This document shows positions 9,955 to 20,609 of a stretch of DNA of 64,000 bases, piece after piece. Position 1 is the stretch's first letter. Each line of letters starts with the position of its first letter. Under the pieces are notes generated by a model. That model was not told where the DNA came from. It worked only from the letters and a program-made list of their open reading frames with translations, and ran no database searches. The position numbers and the translations under genes are program-made. Source of the stretch: Scyliorhinus canicula (taxonomy: Eukaryota); contig NC_052172.1 in assembly GCF_902713615.1 (NCBI RefSeq), positions 372,001 through 436,000 on the forward strand. Direction: 5' to 3'.

Positions 9955-11900
9955 ATTTGCTGGAAGAACTTACACAGTGGCCTTTCCCCATTGAGCCTTG
10001 GTGCCGGGTACCCCAAACCTGAGTGCGTCCCTCAGCATATCTTCCCGGACATTGGAATGTGCCGGTCTGCAACACTCAGTCAAGGACAATTCTTTATCGT
10101 GGAAGTTCAACAGGTTTCGGGCAGATCAAAGAGAGTCTTACACAGATTTTATGATCCTCCAGCAGCAGGTGATGTTTGTCGCATCGTGTGTCCCTGGGAA
10201 TAGACTGTTGAGCACAGGGTCCTGTGTCACAGAGCTGCTCGGGATTAACCTGGACAAATACCACTGCATCTCTCAAACAAATGACAATACAGCACAGGAG
10301 CAGGACCTTCGGCCCTCCAAACCTGTACCGGTCATGATACCAACCTTTGCCAAAACCCTCAGCACTTCCTTGTGCCGTATCCCTCTATACCCATCCTATC
10401 CATGTGTTTGTCAAGATGTCTTTTGACCGCCATAATGTATCTGCTTCTACAACCTCCCCTGGCAACGCAGTCCTTGCTCTTCACACTGTCTGAGTAACAA
10501 AACCTGCCTCGCACATCCTCTGTAAGCTTTTCTCTGAGCACCTTAAATCTATGCCCCCTGGTGACTGACCCCCCCCCCCCACCCTGGGAAAGATTGCCTG
10601 CCCAATCACTCCATCCATGCCCCTCAGAATTTTGTCAGCCTTTATCAGATCACACCTCAAACTCCGTCTTTCTAATGAAAACAGTCTGGTCTATTCAGCC
10701 TCTCCATATAGCTCCAGACCAGACAACAGCCTGATAAATCTCCACTGCATCCTCTCCAAAGCCTCCACATCCTTCTGGTAGTGTGGCAACCTGAATTGTG
10801 CACAATGTTCCAAGTGTGTCCTTACCAAGGTTCTATACAGCTGCAGCATGACTTGTCAGTTTTTATAGTTGATGCTCCGTCCAACGAAAGCAGGCATTCT
10901 GTATGTTTTCTTGACTACCTTGTACACTTCAGCTGCCACCTTCAAGGATCTGTGGACCTGCGAATCTGAACTCTCCGACTTTCTACATTCCTCAGTTTTG
11001 CCATTTACGATATATTTTCCCTCTATGTTAAATCGACCAAAATGCATTCCCTCCCATTGGTCCAGATTAATCTACATTTGCTATTGTTCTGCCCAAATCT
11101 CCATCCAATGCATGTCCTGCTGTATCCTCTAACAATCCTCAACACTCTCTGCCACTCCACCAACCTTGTTGATGTCCATGAACTTTCTCTCTTCAGATCT
11201 TCTTTGGAAAGGCACATTCCACATGGAGGTGAGTAATCACATGGAGCAGTCAGTTTGAGGGCAGTGTGAGACGGTGTTGAGACTTTGGGTGCATGAAGGA
11301 TATGACGGGGAGGGCCCTTCTCACCACCATCCAAGCTGGGTCTTGCTGCTTGTTTGAAAGTTCTGGTGATGAGATGATCTGCCAGATGCCTCTGACAGTC
11401 TGCTCAGGGGAACCATCTGACATGATCCACCATCTCCTTTACCCTAAGGGCCTCGAAGACATTACGTGCAGACTACTGCTTGATTGCCTTGTGTCCAAAC
11501 CTGTTTTCCTGAACAAATGTTTCCCTGAGGGACAGGTGTTACGACATGGTCCTAGGACCAGAGCATCCAGCGGCAACGAAGCCAGATCCATCCTTCGTAA
11601 CACCCGGGACAGATAGAACCTCAGTACGTAGTGACACTTGGTGTTTGTGTACTGGGGGCCCACGCACAGCTGGATGTAGCCACACACACAGGTGGACAGC
11701 AAAGTGAGGACGGCCTTGGGTATGTTTGTCCCTCACTTATCCAGAGATCTGTATATGCTGTCCCTTCTGTTTGTATATTTTGTATATGGGTCCCTGTGAT
11801 CTACAAATTAACTTGATGATGGCTCAGGTGACTGCTGCGCGCAGGACTGGGGAATGGGCCAGACCTGCGCCATGTCCAGCAACACCGAGATCTTTCCCAT
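9955..11900 (-). mobile_element. Degraded Tx1/L1-clade LINE 3' part, interrupted by CR1
   Basis: CVGPQYTNTKCHYVLRFYLS..LRRM (11439-11702) and MQWYLSRLIPSSSVTQD..LFPGTH..CCWRII..AQWGKATV (9980-10270). Confidence 0.7.
10274..11172 (-). mobile_element. Degraded CR1 3' fragment nested in Tx1
   Basis: HFGRFN, VHRSLKVAA, DVRGRF remnants and CR1-type tail. Confidence 0.8.
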
Positions 11901-11920
11901 ATAATTACTACAGTAATTAT

Positions 11921-12258
11921 GCAGCACGGTAGCATGGTGGTTAGCATAAATGCTTCACAGCTCCAGGGTCCCAGGTTCGATTCCCGGCTGGGTCACTGTC
12001 TGTGTGGAGTCTGCACGTCCTCCCCGTGTGTGCGTGGGTTTCCTCCGGGTGCTCCGGTTTCCTCCCACAGTCCAAAGATGTGCGGGTTAGGTGGATTGGC
12101 CATGCTAAATTGCCCGTAGTGTCCTAAAAAGTAAGGTTAAGGGGGGGTTGTTGGGTTACGGGTATAGGGTGGATACATGGGTTTGAGTAGGGTGATCATT
12201 GCTCGGCACAACATCGAGGGCCGAAGGGCCTGTTCTGTGCTGTACTGTTCTATGTTCT
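11921..12258 (+). mobile_element. Young HE1/V-type SINE; an older reverse SINE follows at 12258-12520
   Basis: tRNA head with GGTTCGATTCC B-box, V domain, tail GGGCCGAAGGGCCTGTTCTGTGCTGTA(TGTTCTA)n shared with CR1 3' ends. Confidence 0.9.
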
Positions 12259-12670
12259 ACAGTGCAGAAGGAGGCCATTCAGTCCATCGAGTCCACAGCG
12301 ACTCTCTGAAAGAGCAACCCTACTCAGGCCCACTCCCTCGCAACTCCATCTATCATCCACACCCTTAGACACAAAGGGTTAATTTAGCACAGCCAATCCA
12401 CCTAACCTGCGAATCTTTACTGCGTGAGGAAACCCACAGAGACACAGAATGTCAGGGTCAGAGTGAACCCGGGTCCCTGGCGCTGTGAGGCAGTAGTGCT
12501 GACCACTGTGCAGCCCATCATGTTGCAGATTGTCCGTGTTGTTAAGCGCGCTCTGTTCACTTCTGTTTGGAATATAAAATGTGGGTTGGAGCAGGCAGGA
12601 GGCGGAGCTGGATGATCAAAGACATTTCACTGCTCTGCCTGTCACTCAGTCTGCTCCCCGCCTCTCTCTC

Positions 12671-12705
12671 TTTCTCAGTCAGGTCGGGGCGGGCTGTATA
12701 ATAAA
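12671..12705 (+). promoter_or_regulatory. H4 proximal promoter (site II-like element, GC box, TATA)
   Basis: TTTCTCAGTCAGGTCGG resembles the vertebrate H4 site II (TCAATCTGGTCCG); GGGGCGGG at 12686-12693; TATAATAAA at 12697. Confidence 0.6.
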
Positions 12706-12750
12706 GGAAAGTGCAGCAGCTCGTCTCTCATTCAGCAGCGATTTGACTGA

Positions 12751-13071
<321 letters not shown>

Positions 13072-13105
13072 GAAACTCCATTTGACATTTTGAACAAAAC
13101 CCAAA

Positions 13106-13121
13106 GGCTCTTTTAAGAGCC
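13106..13121 (+). terminator. Histone 3' stem-loop of H4
   Basis: CCAAA-GGCTCTTTTAAGAGCC, then purine-rich TGAGAGC (candidate HDE) about 17 nt downstream. Confidence 0.95.
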
Positions 13122-13536
13122 GCCCAAACCCTCACATTGAGAGCACTGACCTTAGAATGGCAGCAGAATAACGCATCGAGTGCAAAGTGTCGCGTTATAA
13201 TAGGAAATGTTTCCTGTCTTTGATTTCTCTTTTCACGGCGATATGAACGTGCTGCAGAGTGAAACACAAAACCTTTCTCCGCAGTCAGCCCTGTAACCGC
13301 ACAGAGTGAGCACTGACATTGTAATGAGAGCGGGAATGAATTCTGAAACCCCGCAAACCCATTGCACATAAAATGGACAGTTTCAGAAAGTCAGCCCGCT
13401 AGAAACTGCCGCCCTCCGGTAAATACCGACAACACAGGGGAAAGCTCTCATTCCAGCCTGAAGCCTCAGGGAAATTCTCACAAACACGGCACTAAGCGGA
13501 TCCAGAACAGGTCACCCTTTTTCAGATAAAGTGAGT

Positions 13537-13552
13537 GGCTCTGAAAAGAGCC
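13537..13552 (-). terminator. Histone 3' stem-loop of H2A copy A
   Basis: Reverse complement GGCTCTTTTCAGAGCC, followed by purine-rich GAAAAAGGG. Confidence 0.95.
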
Positions 13553-13582
13553 TTTGGGTTATTAGATTAAAGAATGGTCGCT

Positions 13583-14020
<438 letters not shown>

Positions 14021-14026
14021 TCACTT

Positions 14027-14233
14027 CTCTTATAGCTTCAGGAGGAATGGCGGTGCACACATTGCTGATTGGTTATCTGAACAACATTGTGGAGCCGGCT
14101 ACAAAGTGACCAATCAGATATCTGTTTGAAGCACCAATCAGGAGAACCCACGGTGTTGAGGGCGGAAAGTTTGGGCGGCAAATGTTCAGATTCCAACCGA
14201 ATATTTATTTCAAATCTTAAATGGGCGCGAAAA
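14027..14233 (-). promoter_or_regulatory. H2A promoter (TATA, three CCAAT, E2F site)
   Basis: CTATAAGAG 14027-14035; CCAAT near 14068, 14110 and 14134; TTTTCGCGCC at 14224-14233; all retained in copy B. Confidence 0.65.
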
Positions 14234-15010
14234 GATATAACAGATAAAATTGAATAAAAAATGTGACTAAATAATTTGAGTATAAGATTGTTGGATTCTC
14301 TCTCTTTCCCGCGTCTAGTTTCCCATTATCTGTCAGTTTCTGATTTTGTCTCTGGAACTGACAACAAACCCGAAATAAATTAAACCAAAATAATGCGGAT
14401 GCAGCAAATGTGAATTAAAGAGAAAATGCTGGATCAACTCAGCGTGTCTGGTATCATCTGTGGAGAGAAACGTTTAGGATCTGTAGAAGGGGAACTGACT
14501 CCACACGTTTAGTCTGGCTCTTGTTTAAAACGCTCTCAGCCGCCGACAGTGTCTAATTCACAGCCATCTGCAAATATAATAACAGTTATTCATATTGTAG
14601 ATTGCTGCCGCTTCCTCAGTGTTAAAAGTGGAGTGATCAGTTTGGAGCTAGTGTCAGTATTGAAATGGAGTTTACCCACACCACCGGGGTGCTCTCGATC
14701 ATTGAGTGTGAACATGAACATAAATGGAAAGGGAGTAATTTGGGAGACTTAACACAAATGCTACGGGAGGTATTGGAGTTCTGTTCTCTCTCCAAATCCA
14801 GCCACAGCAGCCGAATACGAAGCGGCGACCGAGCATCACTAAATGATGGGATTTAATAAACAACGTACGAAGATCGACATGACGATAACTCGGCATTATA
14901 CAGGATGTTGTTGTAGTGAAACACTATTTAAACGGATCTGGATATTCATAATAGAAATAAACGGATAATTTAATGTATGATGGTTTGGCTGCTTTACAGA
15001 AGTTGTGGGT

Positions 15011-15026
15011 GGCTCTTAAAAGAGCC
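15011..15026 (-). terminator. Histone 3' stem-loop of H2B copy A
   Basis: Reverse complement GGCTCTTTTAAGAGCC-ACCCA. Confidence 0.95.
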
Positions 15027-15063
15027 GTTGTGTTTGGGGTGGTTTTCAGTCCATTGTGCAGTG

Positions 15064-15450
15064 TTACTTGGAGCTGGTGTACTTGGTCACCGCCTTTGTC
15101 CCTTCCGACACGGCGTGCTTGGCCAGTTCCCCGGGCAGCAGCAGGCGCACGGCGGTCTGGATCTCCCGGGAGCTGATGGTGCTGCGCTTGTTGTAATGGG
15201 CCAGGCGGGAAGCCTCACCCGCGATACGCTCGAAAATATCGCTGACGAATGAGTTCATGATGCTCATGGCCTTGGAGGAGATGCCGGTGTCGGGATGAAC
15301 CTGCTTCATCACTTTGTAGATGTAGATGGAGTAACTCTCCTTCCTCGACCTTCGCCGCTTCTTGCCGCCCTTTACTGCCGGTTTCTTAATGACTTTCTTG
15401 GCTCCCTTCTTGGCAGCTGCTTTCGATGTTGGTTTCTTCTCGTCAGCCAT
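15064..15450 (-). CDS. H2B: Histone H2B (copy A, 128 aa)
   Basis: [10 protein letters not shown]...[27 protein letters not shown]...KYTSSK; start at 15450. Confidence 0.97.
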   Translation of the reverse strand: MADEKKPTSKAAAKKGAKKVIKKPAVKGGKKRRRSRKESYSIYIYKVMKQVHPDTGISSKAMSIMNSFVSDIFERIAGEASRLAHYNKRSTISSREIQTAVRLLLPGELAKHAVSEGTKAVTKYTSSK

Positions 15451-15493
15451 CTTCAGTTTCACCCAGAAATAAAGCAAACCCCTTCCGAGCGCT

Positions 15494-15650
15494 GATTAAA
15501 TAGACAGAGCCTCACATCTATGCTAATGAGGAATGGGGAAAGGAATGATTGTGATTGGACAATGTGAAAATGAGACCAGCCAGTTATGTTCTGTTTATTT
15601 TATTGGATATCTGAACAGACCAATCAGATTTAGGATTTTCCACCAATCAG
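15494..15650 (-). promoter_or_regulatory. H2B promoter (TATA-like, octamer variant, CCAAT boxes)
   Basis: TATTTAA; ATGCTAAT octamer variant at 15520-15527 (42396-42403 in copy B); several CCAAT/ATTGG. Confidence 0.65.
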
Positions 15651-16310
15651 TAACCTCCTTACGACAAACAGCAAATGCATTTCAGAAAGAATGTCTCCAG
15701 TTCAAGTTTGTCAGTTACTCACTTTGATACAGTGTGTGAGTGTGGGATTTTCGCACTCTCTGATACAGTGTGAGGGTCTGGGATTTACTCACTCTCTGTT
15801 GCAGTGTGTGAGTATGGAATTTACTGACACTCTGATACAGTGTGTGAGTGTCGGGGTGAACCGGCATTCTAATCTGTGATTGGAGATATTAATCTAGTAT
15901 TTCATTTCTACTAGCTTCATGTCAATTTTATTTTGCGTGCCATTATTTGGTGACTATCTTATTCTATTTTTGTCATATTCGTACCGTAGTAAATGCTGGC
16001 TGCACTTTTAATTTGTCAATTTATTATGTGTGAATTTGGGTTTACCTGTATTTCCAATGTAGAAGGAAACACCTTACACTTTATCTGTAATTTGTGGACA
16101 GTGAATGGGATCACTGCAAACCCATTACAGTCTCATATGAGTTTGTTTTGCTCATTTACTATTGAGCTGTCAGTTTCCAGTTTGTGAATCAGTAATTTCT
16201 GCTGTACAGCTGTCTCATTGTCTATTTTCTCTCCACAGGTTAGTTCTGCCATGGATGGAAAGTCGTTTTTCTCCTGTACCTGTTAAATACGGGAAGTGAA
16301 TGTGTATTAA

Positions 16311-16642
16311 GGGCAGCACGGTAGCATTGTGAGAGCTACAATCCCGGGTTTCAGGTTCGATTCCCGGCTTCGGTCACTGTCTGTGCGGAGTCTGCACATC
16401 CTCCCCGTGTGTGTGTGGGTTTCCTCTGTGTGCTACGGTTTCCTCCCACAGTCCAAAGATGTGCAGGTTAGGGGGATTGGCCATGCTAAATTGTCCTTCG
16501 TGTCCAAAATTGCCCTTAATGTTGGGTAGGGTTACTGGGTTATGGGGATAGGGTGGAGGTGTGGACCTTGGGTAGGGTGTTCTTTACAGGAGCCGGTGCG
16601 GACTCGATGGGCCGAATAGCCTCCTTCGGCACTGTAAATTCT
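16311..16642 (+). mobile_element. HE1/V-type SINE, absent from copy B
   Basis: Empty site TATTAAGTCTC at ~44958-44968; TSD TAAG. Confidence 0.9.
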
Positions 16643-17150
16643 AAGTCTCTGTCAGTTTCCTTTATGTAACAAGGCGTTTTAATCTTCACTTTTCTGTTCC
16701 CAATGTCAGAATGGTGGTTCTGTGCATGTGTCAGTTACTGCAACACAATGGAGGTTTACTTGATGCCTGTTCTTTACTCTGCTAATTGAATGTGGAATTT
16801 ACTCTGAATATTTCAGTCAGGGAATGTGGATGTTGTGATAACTCAGTATCTGCATCTGTTTTTGAATGTTTGTTTTATTTACCCTATCAGTTACTGGGAT
16901 GCAACTGTGGGGTTTTTGTGTGTTTGCATGTTTATTGTTGGTGTGTTCTTTGTTGTGCCCTTGTTCTATCGATGTAGCTTCGGCAGACAGGCTACGAAGG
17001 TGAAAGAAGGCAGTCCACAGCCACTTTAAACACAGCTATTAGGAAGTTACTTTTTGATAATGCCCACATTCAAACAACATATATACTAAAACCAATAGTG
17101 GTCTGTATATGAAATTTGTTTATCCAGTATCGGTTCACCACTGGGCCACA

Positions 17151-17320
17151 GGGGCTGGTTTAGCTCACAAGGCTAATTCGCTGGCTTTTAAAGCAGGCCA
17201 GCAGCACGTTTCGATTCCCGTACCAGCCTCCCCGGACAGGCGCCGGAATGTGGCGACTAGGGGCTTTTCACAGTAACTTCATTGAAGCCTACTCGTGACA
17301 ATAAGCGATTTTCATTTTCA
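17151..17320 (+). mobile_element. Short tRNA-derived SINE, absent from copy B
   Basis: Empty site at ~45450. Confidence 0.88.
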
Positions 17321-17600
17321 CAATGTCAGTATCCAAGTCATTCTGCATCTATTATTCGCTGCAAATGAATTGTTCTGGTTTTTGTTTTCGATTCACCATT
17401 CTCTGATTCAGAATGTGCGTTTTGCACTAATCCATAATCCCCTACATTCCTGTCGGGATCTGTCATTTTCTGGAATCTCGATATGGATATGATTCTTTGT
17501 AAGACTGTCTCTGAAAGCAATGCAACCATGTGACTCATACTGCAAATTCTTGTTTCCTCAGGTGCACTGGAGTGAAATTTCTCACATAACTGTCAATATC

Positions 17601-17740
17601 AGTCCAAAGATGCGCAGGTTGGGTGGATTAGCCATGATAAATTGCCCTTGGTGTCCAAACTTCCATGATAAAACTAGGACAAAAGTTCGGCACAACATCT
17701 TGGGCCAAAGGGGCTGTTCTGTGCTGTATTTCTCTCTCTC
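17601..17740 (+). mobile_element. Truncated SINE+CR1-tail composite insertion
   Basis: V-domain end fused to CTAGGACAAAAGTTCGGCACAACATC; TSD TATCA; empty site at ~45726. Confidence 0.75.
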
Positions 17741-19559
17741 TATCATATGTTTTTTTTTCTTTGTGAATATGTAATTGATTCTTTACCTGACAATCTGCGA
17801 GAGTATAGGATTGACTGTTAATTGTAAAGCTGGTGCTTTAATGTTCATGTGATTAATTCTGTGTTTAAATTAAAGTTTGTTTTAATATATTGGTCAGTGT
17901 CATCACTCCTGGGGACAAATTTCCTTTCCTCACAGTTTTACAAATTGAAAAAAAATGTTTGCAGTTTGTCGTCCGGTGTCCTAACAAAAGTTAGGGTGTG
18001 ATCCGATACACTAACAATGGCTCATTGTGAGGATGCCACGGAAAGTGAGTGTGAGTTTGACATTTCATCAGCAGTCTTCATTCTTTGTCAAATATCTCTG
18101 TGCCGTATTTATCCTGTATGTATCAGTCTCCGGTACAGTATGTCATTACTGTTTCCCTTCTTGATCTGTCATAGATGGTACGGTGCAGGAAAGTAGGATT
18201 TTCACAGCAACATCCTCTCTGATACCTATATCTTTTAAGAAAGTTGATTGTCGTTCTTCTAACTACAATTGTATTAGGTCCAACTTCCCATAAGTGAGCC
18301 GAGACTGTATATGTCACTGTCTATTGTACTCTGTTTCCCAGAGTTTCTGATACATAGATTCTGGGTTTGTGCTGCAACCTTATGTTTCTGCAAAGGGTAG
18401 ATATTAATCTCTATTTCTTTAAATAGATTAATGGAAGCATGTTTATACTCATAAAGCTGTCAGTATGTGGTATATCTGTCCCGCTATTAACTGAGAATGT
18501 CCACTGCTGCCATGTGAGTGTTGTTTTCACTCTGTATATTCCAGTGAATTGGAACATTGTGTTATATCGTGCATCTATCACAGTTTTCAGTGTGGCTCTA
18601 TGTGTTAAGATGTTCACCTCAGTCTCTCATAGCTCAGTATCTTATTCTGTTTTATCGACTCATTTGAGTTCCTGCAAAGATTAAAGTAAACTATTCCATC
18701 TTTTTAAATTTCTGATTCATTAAGACATCGTTTTCTCTACTCCTATCCATTCTGATGTGACAAAATTGAATAATTGTGCACTTTTCTGTCACAAGTATAT
18801 GAATATATTGTCTGCGTCTTTTGGTTTCTGAAAAGTAATTGTCACGTTTTAAATTTATTACAAGTGTGTTTTTGGTAAGCGAATATGGATTATGATCTGC
18901 ACCTCCTCTTTTCAGGTATGTGATGTCACCTTCATGTTTATTCTGTATATTTGAGTTGTACATCGAGTTTATTCTGTACATTTGAGCTGTACGTTGAGTT
19001 AATGTACAATTTTTAATTTACAAATTGAAAAAGATGTTTGCTTTTTCTTGTCCGGTATCGAAAAAAAAGTTGGGGTGTGGTCCGATACACAAACAACAGC
19101 TCATTGCGAGGTTGCCACTGATAGTGAGTGTGAATTTGACATTTCATCAGCAGTTTTCATTCTTTGCCAAAACTTCGGTGCCAGATTTATCCTGTATGTA
19201 TCAGTCTCCGGTACTTTGAGAATCTATGTGAATATTCCCCATTTCACTGTCATCAAATATAGAGCGAAATCTCCGATAGAGCCAGTGTTGGGGGGGGGGG
19301 GGGTGGGTCTGTGTGTGGCCCTGGGGTGCAAGTGGCCCTGCGCCCCAGGGGTCATCCAATCACCTTTGTAGCTGTGTGTTTGTCCCAATGAGATATTCAA
19401 TTTGCAGTCATTGTCTGCAGCTTGTTTGTTATTACACTGTCACTCAGCCACTGAAACTCACACTTTCTGCAAACTAACATTTCACTGATTCACTTCATTA
19501 TCACCCATTTCCAATTTCAAAGTGAATTCGATTTGTACAATCAACTGCTTTACTTACTG

Positions 19560-20400
19560 ATCTAATTTTGCACACACTCCTGGTTTAGCATATTCCTAGT
19601 TTTCTCACTCTCCTGGTTTCCACAGCCCCTGGTTTATACATTTGCCTGGTTTAACACACACCCCTGCTCACACACTCTGGTTCTTCACACACACGGCTAT
19701 TTGTTATCATATCCGGGAATTAAATACTGTGCTGTTTTACACACTACCCCTGGTTCGCTCATCCCCTGGTTCACTCACTCCCCTGGTTCACTCACTCCCC
19801 TGGTTCACTCACTCCCCTGTAATAGAATTACATAAACTGTGAGTCTGTACAGTCAGGAATGTGTGTACAACCAATGGATTGGGCAATGCCATGGGTGCAA
19901 GTGTGTTAACAAGGACAGTGTGAAAAAGTAAGTGATTGTGCAAGCTGGGTGTCTGTGAACCGGGATTGTGTAAAACCTATAAAGTGTGTAAGTCGGGCAG
20001 TGTGCCAACCCAGTGATTGTACAACACACCTGGTATTACAGCCTCAAATTTTAGGTGTGTGTGAGTAAAACCAGACGTATAAGAATGTTTAAGAGAGGAT
20101 TGTGAAAACCTGACAATTACACAATATGAGTGTGTGTTTTTGTTGAAATGTGTAAACTTGCAGAGTTTGTAAAAGCAGGGGAGTGTGTAAAGCCAAGCAT
20201 AACAGAGGAGTGGGTAAACATGGGGAGTGTGTTAACTATTGGAAATGTGTAAACCGGTGTCGTGTGTGGAACAGGGGAGTGTATTGAGCAGATGAGTGGG
20301 TTAACCAGGATAATGTGTAAACCATAGGACTGTGTAAAACAAGGAGAGTGTGCAAAACAAGGGGAATATGGAAACCTGTGAATGTGTGAAATGAGGGGAA
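19560..20400. repeat. Degenerate AAACCAGGGGAGTGTGT satellite
   Basis: 17-19-bp related units; paralogues at 47515-48410 and 60240-61220. Confidence 0.7.
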
Positions 20401-20609
20401 TTGGGAAAATGAGTTATGAGTCTAAACAGAGGGGGGCTGAGTTCAGAGGGGGTAGCACACACGTGGAGGCTCTCCACTACAATCAAAAACACCTTCAAGT
20501 GCAACAATTGAAATATTTTGGAAAATTCAGAACTTGGCATAAGGAGGCACTTACCAGAGTACAGGGGAAGAGAAAAAAAAGGTCTATTGGGTGAGCAACT
20601 AAGGAATTG

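Noticed and set aside
11921-11995. tRNA genes at SINE heads
   Set aside because: No complete cloverleaf or terminator; the sequence continues into the SINE body
18902-18920. Recursive splice site-like YnCAG/GTATGT (also 16225-16244)
   Set aside because: No host transcript evident, mutated in copy B, and expected by chance in T-rich DNA
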